64,000 nt of DNA from Octopus vulgaris (GCA_951406725.2 OX597835.1:30690001-30754000); one strand, 5' to 3'. Positions 42,512 to 55,672 are shown, counted from the stretch's first letter. Numbers and translations are program-made. Notes: generated by a model from the sequence alone, not told the origin.

Positions 42512-42551
<40 letters not shown>

Positions 42552-42598
42552 TTTTCCAATATATACGTTCTTAATGGCTATTATTAAGTGACTAACTT

Positions 42599-42790
42599 TT
42601 ACTGAAGGATGGAGTTTGCCATTTCAACCGTCTTTGGAGGAATTTTGTCGTGAGATTGGTTAGTCTTGGACCTCGGACAGCAGGAGGTCAAGTTTTTCTT
42701 GAAAATATCTACCCCGACCCCATGCAGATCCTTCTGATGTTTTCTTAAAATATTAAATAGCCGTGGGTCCTTGAATCCCAATCTATTGTC
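42599..42790 (-). pseudogene. CR1/L2-group LINE ORF2 C-terminal remnant
   Basis: It translates GFKDPRLFNILRKHQKDLHGVGVDIFKK...MANSI, matching CR1-group ORF2 ends. Confidence 0.7.
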
Positions 42791-42975
42791 CTATATGGAC
42801 TTCATTATAGACGGGATATATATATATATTAATAAACAAGAGTGTATTTTGCACCAAAAGCTAATATGGGCACTTCTCTCATGCATACTGTTGCAGTGTA
42901 GTTTGATCTAAAAGAACATACACGTTTAAGAGGGAATAAGTATTGCCTCTCTGTGTAAATACGGCTTCTATCGCT

Positions 42976-43033
<58 letters not shown>

Positions 43034-43035
43034 TA

Positions 43036-43157
43036 AAAATTAGAAAAAAAAATACCTTTTATCAATTCAAAATGAACAATTAAATTACACCATCTAGAAA
43101 ATTACATATAAGAGAAAGTTATATTAAGTTAGCATTAATATTCCCTCAAATAATTAT
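43036..43157. mobile_element. Internally deleted relative of 35881-36120
   Basis: It shares CCTTTTATCAATTCAAAATGAACAATTAAATTACACCATC and TTAATATTCCCTCAAATAATTAT, and has (TA)n flanks. Confidence 0.75.
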
Positions 43158-43163
43158 ATATAC

Positions 43164-43217
<54 letters not shown>

Positions 43218-43324
43218 ATGTATGTATGTATATATATATATATATATATGTATATTTATATATATATATATATATAAATACGTATATATATATATACATA
43301 CATATATATACATACGTATATATA

Positions 43325-43365
<41 letters not shown>

Positions 43366-43545
43366 TCGTATACACATATATATGATGCGTATATGTGTAT
43401 ATACCCTCTGTGTGCTTACGTGCGCATGCTCGATCACTTTACAGCTCATCACCATACGTGCCACACACTCAAATTAACTCCACATCCTTCTCTCCCTTTC
43501 TCTGAGTGTGTCACTCATGTATCACCATTAAACTGAACGCTGATG

Positions 43546-43620
43546 GACGACACGTGTCGTCACGTGACCAATAAGTGGCGCGCCAAACTCGGACGTCCCG
43601 TCCCACCTTCCTCGCCAATT
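43546..43620. promoter_or_regulatory. Candidate promoter/enhancer: tandem E-boxes, CCAAT boxes, E2F-like site
   Basis: GACGACACGTGTCGTC, GTCACGTGAC, CCAAT, TGGCGCGCCAAA, GGACGTCC and a second CCAAT fall within 75 bp of CpG-rich sequence. Confidence 0.45.
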
Positions 43621-43729
43621 AACTCCTCCCGCTACTCATACAACCGCTGAAACTGAGCAGATTTTTATACAAATTAGTTGTTTGTTCAATTCATTAAAGA
43701 TAGTGGTTGGGGATTAGGTGGAGGGAGGT

Positions 43730-44440
43730 AGATCCGGTGGTGGTGGTGGTGGTGTTGGTGGTGGCGGCGGTGTCGGTACTGGTCGTAGCAATGACTGTTG
43801 TTCTGTGGCGGTGGTGGTGGTGGTGGTGATGTTAATAGTGATAGTGGTAGTGGTGGTACTGGTGCTGGTGGCAGTGGCTGTTGTTGTGTGGCGGCGGTAG
43901 TGGTAGTGTTGGTGGTGGTGGTGGTGGTGATGGTGGTTGTGGTGGTGTTGGAGAAGGTGATGTTAGGAATGATTGCGTTTTTCAAGTGGTTGTGATGGTG
44001 GTGCTGGCTGTGATTGTTGTGTGGCGGCGGTGGTGGTGGTGGCGGTGTCGGTATTGGGCGTAGCAATGATTGCTGTTCTGTGGCGGTGGTGGTGGAGATG
44101 TTAATAGTGATAGTGGTGGTGATGGTTGTGGTAGTGGTGGTGGTGATTCTTGTGCGTGGTGGCGGTGGTGGTGCTGGTGGTGGCAGTGGCTGTTGTGTGG
44201 CGGTGGTGAAGGTTGTGGTTGTGGTTCTGTTGGTAGTGGTGATGGTTGTGGTGGTTGTGGTGGTGGTGGCGATTGTTGTGTGTGGTGGCGTTGGTGATGC
44301 AGGTGGTGGCAGTGGCTGTTGTGTGGCGGTGGTGGAGGTTGTGGTTGTGGTTCTGTCGGTAGTGGTGTTGGTGGAGGTGGTGGTAGTGAGTGTGTCGGTG
44401 ATGGTGGCGTCGGTGGCAATGACAGTGTGGTGGTGTTGTC
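43730..44440. repeat. (GGT)n-based degenerate minisatellite
   Basis: GGTGGCAGTGGCTGTTGTGTGGCGG and CGTAGCAATGA.TG.TGTTCTGTGGCGG blocks recur. Confidence 0.85.
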
Positions 44441-44742
44441 GTATGTTTGTGCTGTGGTAACAGTGTAGCAGATACGACTGTATAGGCGGTGGTATTGGAG
44501 ATACTGGTTCTGGTGGTAATTATGTTGTAGTGACGGCGGTAGTTATGTCGTTGGCTAGTAGTTCAGATGGATGTAGATGTTATGGATGCTGTAGCGGTGG
44601 TTGTACTAGTGGTGGTACGATTCAAAGTACTTGCTGCAGTAGTAATGGTGATAGTACTGTTGATAGTCTGGAGAGTAGTGGTCGTTGTTGCTGCTGTTGT
44701 TGTTGTTGTTGTACTGGTAGCAGTAGTGGCAGTGGTACTATA

Positions 44743-45125
44743 ATTCTTTTATTCTTTCATTCTTTTACTTGTTTCAGTCATTTGACTGCGGTCATGCTGG
44801 AGCACCGCCCTCGGGAGTTTTGCTCAAACAAATCGACGCCAGGACATTTTTTTTAAGCGTAGTACTTACTTTTTTTATATCTTTTGCCGAACCGCTATAT
44901 TACGGGGGGGGGGGGGTAAACACACCAACATCGGTTGTCAACTGCTAATAGGGGACAAACACAAACACACACACATACACTCACATATAAATATACGACG
45001 GGCTTCTTTCAGTTTCCGTTTACCAAATCCATTTTCAAGGCTTTGGTCGGCCTGAGATGCGGTAGTAGAAGACACATGGTCGAGGTGCCACGTAGTGGGC
45101 CTGAACCCAGTACCATGTGATTCAG
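44743..45125 (-). mobile_element. Family B SINE, 5'-clipped
   Basis: Tail and centre motifs match 564-987. Confidence 0.82.
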
Positions 45126-45328
45126 AAGCAACTGAGTCTCAGTAATGACGACTACAATAGCAACATCTACATTAAAAGGAAAATTAACATCGACAGCATC
45201 AACATCATCGCCATCATTGCAATACCCACCGTCACTGTCGCCTTCACCATAACCTTCACCGTCACCACCATTATCACAATAACCGCAATCACCATCACCA
45301 CAACCCCTACCGCTACCAGCAACATCGT

Positions 45329-45714
45329 GGAAGCGCAATGGCCCAGTGATTAGGGCAGCGGACTCGCGGTCGGAGTATCGCGGTTTCGATTCCCAGACTG
45401 GGCGTTGTGTGTGTTTATTGAGCGAAAACACCTAAAGCTCCACGAGGCTCCGGCAGGGGTGGTGGCGACCCCTGTTGTATTCTTTCGCTCCAAATTTCTC
45501 TCACAGTTTCTTCCTGTTTCTTATCCCCGACTTCCTACGCAACCGCTGAGCCTGGATGCGCATTCATCTATCCGTCGATGCTCTCGGTGTCGGGGGTTGA
45601 CATGCTTTCTCTTCTGCAGGTCTTACGAATAGCAAAGGACTACGTTTCGGACTCCTCCCACTCTGGGACGAAGACCGCTTCGCTCAACAAACAAACAAAC
45701 AAACAAACAAACAA
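45329..45714 (+). mobile_element. tRNA-derived SINE family D, full length
   Basis: It has an A box TGGCCCAGTGA, a B box GGTTTCGATTCC and an (AAAC)n tail. The TSD is ACCAGCAACATCGT (45315-45328) / ACCAGTAACATCAT (45715-45728). Confidence 0.88.
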
Positions 45715-46304
45715 ACCAGTAACATCATAATCACCATCGTCCCCACCATCCACACAGCCTACTACCATCCATCATGATCATTATTATCAACATCACCACG
45801 ACAATGACTACGACAGCCACCACCACCACCAACAGCACCACCTCCCTCTCTACCAACATCAGTACAACTAGCAGCAGCACCACCTGCACCACAACTGCCA
45901 TCACCAATACCACTACCACCCCCACCATTATCACTACCACCACTACTACCAACACAGCCATGAACAACACAAATCTAAATCGGCAAAGACCACAAGAACC
46001 GACGGTGAAAGCCTTTCGGTAATCACTCCCCCTAGAAATGGCAGCGTGGTCTTCCTCAATTTGCATACTAATGTATAAAAAAGAAACGAAACATTGGTTA
46101 ATGTAAATGTTGGTGTTTCAAACATTGGATTACGCCCATGCTGGAACAGAATCTTCCAGTGTCAGTCATATTGTCCTTGAACATATTGATGATTCAAATT
46201 GTCAACCTATGTTTCGATGTACATAAATATGATATAAACCAAGTTACATAATGCTTGGAGCAAAAGTCTGGATGGTCATAGCAAGAATGTCGTTGACACA
46301 TTTT

Positions 46305-46489
46305 TATTGTTCTTTTATTCTTTTACTTGCTTCAGTTATTTCACTGCAGCCATGCCTTAGGGGTTTTATTTGAAGAAATCGACTCAAGGGCTTGTTCTTT
46401 GTTAGCCTAGTACTTATTCTGTCAGCCACTTTTGCTGAAGCACTGAGTTGCGGGGACGTAAACACACCAACACCGCTTGTCAAGCGATC

Positions 46490-46523
<34 letters not shown>

Positions 46524-46680
46524 TTTACGACAGACTTCTTTCGAGTTCTGTCCACCAACTCCCTTCAAACGTTTTGGTTGGCACGAGGACATAGTAGAAA
46601 ACACTCGCTAAGATGCTACGCCATAGGACTGAACTCGGAAACATGTGGTTTGGAAGCAAGCTTCTTACCACAGAGCCCCG
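46305..46680 (-). mobile_element. Degenerate family B SINE
   Basis: The head complement AAGCTTCTTACCACAGAGCC, an internal (CA)n and the tail are present. Confidence 0.75.
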
Positions 46681-47206
46681 ACTTTATTTATAATATAATT
46701 TTATTATTTTTTTCTTTTTGTTAACCCTGGGACTCCTAAAGGCAGGTTTCCTCGTTCTCAACGCATAGAAGTTACCTCAGTAACTTCTATGCATTCTTTC
46801 TGCGCTACGGGTCACCGGCCAGTTACAAGACTCAACACCAACAATTCTGATGGAAGAGTACAAGGCCATGACATCAACCTCTGTACTTGACTGGTACTTC
46901 ATTTTATCAACTCTGAAGTAATGAAGGACAAGGTTCGCTTCAACAGGAGTTGAATTCAGAACGTGAAGTGTCGGGAGAAATAGAATAAGAATGTTGACCA
47001 ATGTGGCTGACCATGGGTATTCTCCAAACGACTCGACCTAAGGTTAAACAACAGCATTAACTATAGCAACAACAATAATAACAACAACGGAACCAATCCT
47101 GTACATAGGAATTGTGTTTTTCTACGGTTTCTGTTAGTCTGTGGATTTAGTATATATTCATATGTTTATTTACTACTAGTTTTTTTGAAATATATATATG
47201 TATATA

Positions 47207-47271
<65 letters not shown>

Positions 47272-47289
47272 TATATATACACGCACGCA

Positions 47290-47556
47290 CCCTTCGTTTT
47301 GGGATCACCACTACTTTATTATCTCACATTCTCCCTAGTTTTCCTTGTGACCTTTCTGTCCAGAATTCGCCATGATAGATCGCTAGCCACTACACATTCT
47401 TTATTTTCTCTCCTTGTTTCTTTCTGTGTTCCTTTCTGTGGAAGAGCGTAGGCTCGAAACGTTAAAGACATTTTCACTTCCCGAGCGTTATACAAATACA
47501 TATTTCTGTTGTCTACACCACCTGTTTTCGTTTTTTGTTGTTTTGTAAATTCTCCC

Positions 47557-47558
<2 letters not shown>
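47290..47558 (+). mobile_element. Family H element with minimal hammerhead variant
   Basis: CTTT-CTGTGGAA-GAGC GTAG GCTC-GAAA-CG-TT-AAAG at 47432-47467. The 3' end joins (TA)n. Confidence 0.78.
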
Positions 47559-47637
<79 letters not shown>

Positions 47638-47837
47638 TGTATGTATGTATGTATGTATGTATGTATATATATACATATACATATACAGAGAGAGAACAAG
47701 GAAGTAAGAGAGGAGGAGAGAGTGAGAGAAGGGAAGAGAGAATGAGAATGAGAGAGAACAAAGCCTTGTGATTTGATTTGGAAGACGAAAACTGAAAGAA
47801 GCCCTCCACATTCACTCACACACAGAGGCATATACAG

Positions 47838-47887
<50 letters not shown>

Positions 47888-48636
47888 CCAGCATCTAATC
47901 ATACACAGATACGCATACACACGCACACTTAAATACACACACACAAACATAACATACACATACACAAAAACACTTAAGATCATCTTCGCTCTCACTCGCC
48001 GACACCCACACATCCACCCGAAACGTATCAAGATTAATAGGTGAAAAAGAAAACTTAACATAATGTCACCCCAAGGAATAAGATACGTCTTAATTGTAGT
48101 GGCACCGTTAACCTGTTAAGGCAAGCCTCGCCCTACGACATCGGCTTAAATAGCCGCATTGCTCCACTCGGTTTGGTACGCGAAAGTGTCAAGTTTGTTG
48201 TTTTAAGTCTACACGTTGTGGACTTTATTTATTTAACATTTTACTCAGAAAACACGACCAAGTAACAGAGATTTAATGAAAAGTAGTTATAAGCTCATAA
48301 ATATTAATTGTGACTGCTTCCCTTGTATGTATGTATGTATGTATGTATGTATGTATGCGTGTATGTATGTATGTATGTATGTATGTATGTATGCATGTAT
48401 GTATGTATGCATATATCTCTGCGTGTTTTTATGAATGGATGCATCTGTAGGCGTATATATATATGTATCAGTGTGTGTTTGTGTACATATATATGTGTAT
48501 GTGTGTGTGTACACATACATATATGTGTGTGTATTTATGTATGTATCTGTCTATCTATCAAGCTATCTCTCTCTCTTCCTCTCTCTATATAAACATACAT
48601 ATATATACATGTGTATATATATGCATTTATATTTAC

Positions 48637-48695
<59 letters not shown>

Positions 48696-49515
48696 TATAT
48701 ATATATGTATATATGTACACAGCTATATATACATATATGTGTGTGTACATATTTCTGTATATGTGTATGTATATTTGCATATGTTTGCATCGTTGTATAT
48801 ATGCATGTTAATGAGTATTTAGTATCAATTTATTTTGTGTTTATACAGTCAGTGCTAATGGGCCGTAGTTTTAAATCATGAAACAGGACGTTGGTATGTA
48901 TACTTTAGAAAATGAGTCTCGTGTCGATTGATAATATGGTGGTGCGGATATAAAATAGATTCTAATTGACCTGACCAGTTGACACCCTCGTGGCGTGAGT
49001 GCTGGTGTTGATCAGCTATAGGTCAAACGGTTGTGTCGTTGTTGTTGCTGTTTCTCTGTGGGGCATATATATTTGTTTGTTATTCATGTTATTTTCAATA
49101 TAAAATTGTTGTTAGTAAGCTCTTTATACTTTGTCCACAATAGAAGATACAAACTTTCTTTTCTCTTTTTATTTTGCTCTGATGAAAGACAAATATCCGA
49201 ATCATTAGATTCATAGTAGAGATGTAAGGCGTATGTTTTAAAACATTAATCGAATTGGCACCTACTCCTCAAACTTATGCAGTTTGGTCACAAGGTGCAC
49301 AAACACATATTCTTCTGCAGATTGAGTATTAAGTTACCAGTTCAAAATGGTGGCCGACTCTTAGTTTCTGGCAACATATTGCTTATATTAACATATAGGG
49401 ACAAGGCACATCATTTTAATGAATGTAGAAATATACAGGTAGATACAGGTAGATAGATACAAAACTTGTTCGATGCGTAGATAGCTCTAAGTATATCTAT
49501 TATTCATCTCTGTAC

Positions 49516-49559
<44 letters not shown>

Positions 49560-49564
<5 letters not shown>

Positions 49565-49934
49565 ATAGTGTCTGTGTGGTAAGTAGCATGGTTCCGAGTT
49601 CGGTCCCACTGAGTGGCACCTTGGACAATTGTCTTCTACTATAGCCTCGGGTCGACCAATGCCTTGTGAGTGGAACTGGTAGGCGGAAACTGAAAGAAGC
49701 CCGTCGTATATATATATGTAGATTTTTGTGTGTTTGTGTTTGTCCCCCCACCAACGTCGCTTAACAACCGATGCTGATGTATTTACGTCCCCCTCACTTA
49801 GCGGTTCGGCATAAGATGCCGATAGAATAAGTATTAAGCTTACAAAGAATAAGTTCTGGGGGGGGGGGGGCGATTTGTTCGACTAAAGACGGTGCTCCAG
49901 AATGGCCGCAGTCAAATGACCGAAACAAAAAATA

Positions 49935-49938
<4 letters not shown>
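49560..49938 (+). mobile_element. Family B SINE
   Basis: It reads CTGTGTGGTAAGTAGC...GGCACCTTGGACAA...GGTGCTCCAGAATGGCCGCAGTCAAATGAC. Confidence 0.85.
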
Positions 49939-49976
<38 letters not shown>

Positions 49977-50083
49977 GGCTATGTGCGATGTGCCTGTTAG
50001 TCTGTTCATCTGTCGGTCTGTCGATCTGACATATGTATGTATGTTGGTACGTATGTATTTATATGTATATGTACATAACTATA

Positions 50084-50407
50084 GTGAAGGCACATGCCCT
50101 TTTGCTTAGGGCGTCGGGCTCACAATAATGAAGCAGGGAGCTCGTTTCCCGTATCATGCTATGTATTGTGTTCTTGAACAAGGCATTTCATTTGACGTTG
50201 CACCAATTCACTCAGCTATAGAAATGAGTTGCGAGGTCACAGGTGCCAAGCTGTATCGGGCTCTGCGTTTCCTTTGGAGAAAACCGGAGGCGGGGAGAGG
50301 GCAGGCATGATTGACTGCTGGTCTTCCATAGACAACCTTGCCTAGACTTGTGCCTTGGAGAACTTTCTAGGTGCAATCCCATGGTCGTTCGTGACCAAAG
50401 GGGTCCT
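50084..50407 (+). mobile_element. Family C-headed SINE with different 3' half
   Basis: It has a GTGAAGGCAC head, TTCTTGAACAAGGCA and the tail AACTTTCTAGGTGCAATC. A homolog lies at 55686-55997. Confidence 0.7.
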
Positions 50408-50525
50408 CACTTATGTATGTATGTATGTATGTACGTATGTATGTATGTATGTATGTATGTACGTATGTATGCATGTATGTATGTATGTATGTATGTATGT
50501 ATGCATGCATGAATGAATGTATGTA

Positions 50526-50582
<57 letters not shown>

Positions 50583-50689
50583 GTTCATATATATATATTG
50601 ATATATACATATATATGAATATATATGTACATATATATGCCTGTATACATGTATAAACATATATAGAAATGCATATATATGTGTTTGTA

Positions 50690-50742
<53 letters not shown>

Positions 50743-51222
50743 ATATATACATATATATACATATATATATACATTTATATATATATATACATATGTGTAT
50801 ATATATATAAAATATATATATATATATGTATGCACATATTTATATTATTTATATATTTTTGTACACACTCACACACACACGTACATACACACTCACAAGC
50901 ACACATGTATGTAGATGTGTATACACATAAGCACTAAGGATAGTAAGGACGTACTAATCTACACAGTCTTTGTGTTCATGCTCCATGAAAATAATCTTCA
51001 GAATTAATACGTGTGTATCTTCACACATACACGAAACACCTCGTAAGTCCCTCCACACACACATACACACACACACACACACGCACACACACACACAGAC
51101 AGAGACACTCAAACACATGTTCTTATATGTAAGCATATTTTTTATTCGCATCGCTCTGTAAACGATGAAGCTTCGACCTGTTTTCCTATCATAATACGCC
51201 ATATACATTACACATATGAAAT

Positions 51223-51275
<53 letters not shown>

Positions 51276-51310
51276 AATGATTATGCTGTTTGTATGTATG
51301 TATATATATA

Positions 51311-51341
<31 letters not shown>

Positions 51342-51551
51342 AGTGACAGCTTTGTTATTCTGATCTCACACGGACCTATGAGATCAGTCAGTCCTTCAAA
51401 TAGATAAGCCAGATTAATTTATAGTCCGGATTGTAAACTATCACATGCATACATCGCCACACATATACACACTCCTATACTATATAAACACATATATACA
51501 TTCATGTATATGTATATATACGTATACGTACCTGAATGCTTACTTAATCTG

Positions 51552-51602
<51 letters not shown>

Positions 51603-51607
51603 TATAC

Positions 51608-51638
<31 letters not shown>

Positions 51639-51724
51639 GATAGATAGATAGATAGATATATACACACATATATATATATATAATATATATACATACATAT
51701 ATATATATAGATAGATAGATAGAT

Positions 51725-51795
<71 letters not shown>

Positions 51796-52233
51796 GTGTA
51801 TGTACAAATATCCTTTGTTCTCTCTCATTCATGATTTCCTTTAATGCATCAAAACATGCATAACATACAGATATATGTATACATGTATATATATATGTAT
51901 ATATGTATGCATGCGTACATGCACATGGCCATCCATACATAAATAGACACAGCCGTACACAAACGTGTGTTTTTAATTATTCTTTTACATGTTTATATGA
52001 GCATGTATCGCCATATACATATATACACTGACACTTAAACAATAGCCTGATTCTATATACGCTCACACAAACACACAAACACACACAGACACACATGCTC
52101 ACGTATATACATGTGCGTATATATTTACATATAGGCATTTATGCGCATATATAATATATATATACACTGGTTAACTAAGAATATACTTATACTTGTAATC
52201 CATAATTTTATGTAAATATATATATATATATAC

Positions 52234-52306
<73 letters not shown>

Positions 52307-53380
52307 CGTGCTCCTATGTTTCTATATGTGTATATATGTTTGTATGTATTCGTGTATGTCCTCGGAGAGAGAGGAGACATAAATACGTAGGAAGAAATCA
52401 GAAATTTCCAGGGGCAAATGTGGTGAAGTAGATGAGGTGATATGGAAGAAGAGGAAGAGGTGGAAGAAGTGGAAGAAGAAGAAGGAGAAGAAGAAGAAGA
52501 AGAAGAAGAAGAAGAAGAAGAAGAAGAAGAAGAAGAAGAAGCTGAAGAAGAAGAAATTAAGATGAATGAGAAGGTGTAAGAAATGAGTATCAAAAGAAAG
52601 AGGTAGATGGGGTGCAAGAAGAAAACCCTTGATTAAAATGTATTATTCTTTAGTAAGAAGCAAATGTACACCACACACACACACACACAGCCACTCACTC
52701 ACAATCTCCACTCTATTTCACCCCATCCATTTCTCCCGACCCCCAAACTGGAATTATGTTTTTGTAAGCGATACAAAATTTTACCAGGAAACAACTGGTT
52801 TCTTTCTCTCCAACATTACGATTAATAGGCATTGTCATTTCGCCTGTTCAAGTTCTGCGCTTAAATCGAACCCGAAACCAACATTCGCTTCGATATCTTC
52901 ATATATCAATAAAATGAAGTAGCTATCAAGCACTGGTGTCGGCAGTATTGAGTATCCCCTCCACTCAAAATTGATAGCTTTGTGCTAAAATACTGCCTAT
53001 ATATATATATATATATATATAAGTTCAAATAAAGGTTACAAACCTGAATAAGGGATAATATAAACCAATGAAAATTCTGGTATCGTGATGAATATTACAA
53101 TAAATATCCAAATGCAAGATAACTAAAAATCGTGGCTTATGTATATATATATTTAAAGAAGATAAGAAAATAGAAAGATAATTATTAATTATTTATTAAT
53201 TAAAAAGGTAGAAATCATCTCTGACAGCTGTTTCGATTTCAAACCTTCATAAATTAATTACCTTAATTAAAACCATTTAAAAGTCGAATCTCAACCGATT
53301 TGGCTAAAGATGTACAGTTAGGTTTTCATATTCCTGCTTTTTGAGCATATGGCTCCAAACCTCATGCACTTCTCTCTCTC

Positions 53381-53459
<79 letters not shown>

Positions 53460-53460
53460 A

Positions 53461-53657
53461 GAAATCGCCAAGACAGATCGCTTGCCAGTACACATTCTTT
53501 ATTTTCTCTCCTTGTTTCTTTCTATGTTGCTTTCTGTGGAAGAGCGTAGGCTCGAAACGTTAAAGACGTTTTCACTTCTCGAGCGTTAAACTAATACATC
53601 TGTTTGTTGTCTACACCACCTGTCATCGCCTTTTGTCTTTTTGTGAATTCTCTCCCT
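53461..53657 (+). mobile_element. Family H element with minimal hammerhead variant
   Basis: The motif at 53530-53565 is identical to 47432-47467. The element ends in a TA-rich tract. Confidence 0.78.
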
Positions 53658-54116
53658 ATATGTATATATATATATATTTCTCTACTCGTCATTAAATAGT
53701 ATTCAAATTTTCTTCCAATCATCAATTTTGTCTAAGACAAAATATGTCTTAATAATTCCTTTTAATGATAGAAAAAAAACCGAGTGGTCTCTTTTCGAAC
53801 GCCTCGTAATATATTTCTTCTCGATCCTGACAACAGACTAAACAATAACAACTCATAACACACACACACAGACAACCGGAAGTGCTATTTAAGTTCTTAT
53901 ACATTCTCAACGTAATATAATTAAAATGTCTGTTTTCCTACTAACGTTCATTGACAATGTTTCATACTCACACATATGCGTAAGCTTACACAAATACCTA
54001 TACACATATATACATACATGCATGTATCCGTATGCGTGTGTATGTGAGTATGTATGTATGTTCTTGCTTGTTTATCTATATACGTACGTGTGTGTTTATC
54101 TATCTATCTATATCTA

Positions 54117-54259
<143 letters not shown>

Positions 54260-54407
54260 ATATATATATATATGTATATATATATGCATGTATATATGTG
54301 TATATCTAGCTATATATCTATATATCTATTTATCTAGCTATATATATATATATACATATGTATGTATGTATATATATGTATGTATATATGTATATATATG
54401 CATATAT

Positions 54408-54440
<33 letters not shown>

Positions 54441-54510
54441 CATACATACAAAGAGTCATACATACATACATACATACATACATACATACATACATACATA
54501 CATACATACA

Positions 54511-54541
<31 letters not shown>

Positions 54542-55250
54542 GAGTTATGCTACAGATATTTTAGCGACCATCTGTTTCAGAAACAATTCTATATATTTCA
54601 GTTTCTCATTATGGGTTCAGTGTTTGAGTTATCCCGATTTTGTTTTGTGCTCCGGTCGTGTTTTCAGTGCAGACAGCTGCCGAAAAGAAAAGGGCGACAA
54701 GGTCGGGGGAACCAAAAAGCTAACTCCTCCATTTTCTTGTTGTTATTGTGGCTGTTGTTTGTGGGGCTATCAACTTACAGACAATTTTCAGACTTTGGGA
54801 ATGAAGGGGAAAGGAAAAGGGCTCCTCCAGTGGACGAGCAGGGGTATTATAGACAAGTTAGCCGTCCTAACTTCCTCTTAAATCAACTTAGAGTAAACAG
54901 TTCGCCCTTTCCGACATTTCAACTTCTTTCTTCATGTTTTATCACTCTCAAAACATTTTGTAAAGACTGTCTTTTTATATTTCCGTTGAAACTCTAACAA
55001 AATAAACACTATCTCGCACACACAACGAATATAAAATATATTTACTAATTATCATGAGTTATTTTGACTAAACTAAGCGCAAGATCAAATTTTGTAGGAA
55101 GACAAAAAAAAAATATCTAAGATGGAATCTTACAATAAGGGAGACAAAAATGTTCCTCTACCTACCAGCTAGAAATGCTAAGCAAATCTTCAAAGCACGA
55201 AGTACTGAATAAAATATAAGGAGGCACAGGCGCAGGCGTTTGTGCGTGAT

Positions 55251-55281
<31 letters not shown>

Positions 55282-55304
55282 TACATATACATATATATAT
55301 ATAT

Positions 55305-55354
<50 letters not shown>

Positions 55355-55614
55355 CTTATTTAACAATTAAGGATAACTTCTTAATAAGGAATCTTAAGAA
55401 ATTATCAGGTAGATAGCGTGAAAAACCTCATAAGAGAAAAATTTCGAAAATAATTCTTTCTTATTGAACATATTAATTTATATATAGAGGGCATTATTAC
55501 ACATACATGCCACACGCTAAGAGGGACAATCATACCCAATGCAATTTTTCCAAAGCAAGACATTTAAAAAATGAATTTAGTCTTGTATCACCTGTGATTT
55601 CGTACTTACCGCAG

Positions 55615-55672
<58 letters not shown>

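Noticed and set aside
45329-45405. tRNA gene (also 4170-4240)
   Set aside because: The tRNA-like head continues into a SINE body with a tail and TSD, and the acceptor stem is not intact.
54770-54822. Possible minus-strand 14-nt microexon (polypyrimidine-AAG ... GTAAGT)
   Set aside because: Splice-like words alone are common by chance, the length is not a multiple of 3, and no partner exons are identifiable without RNA-seq.
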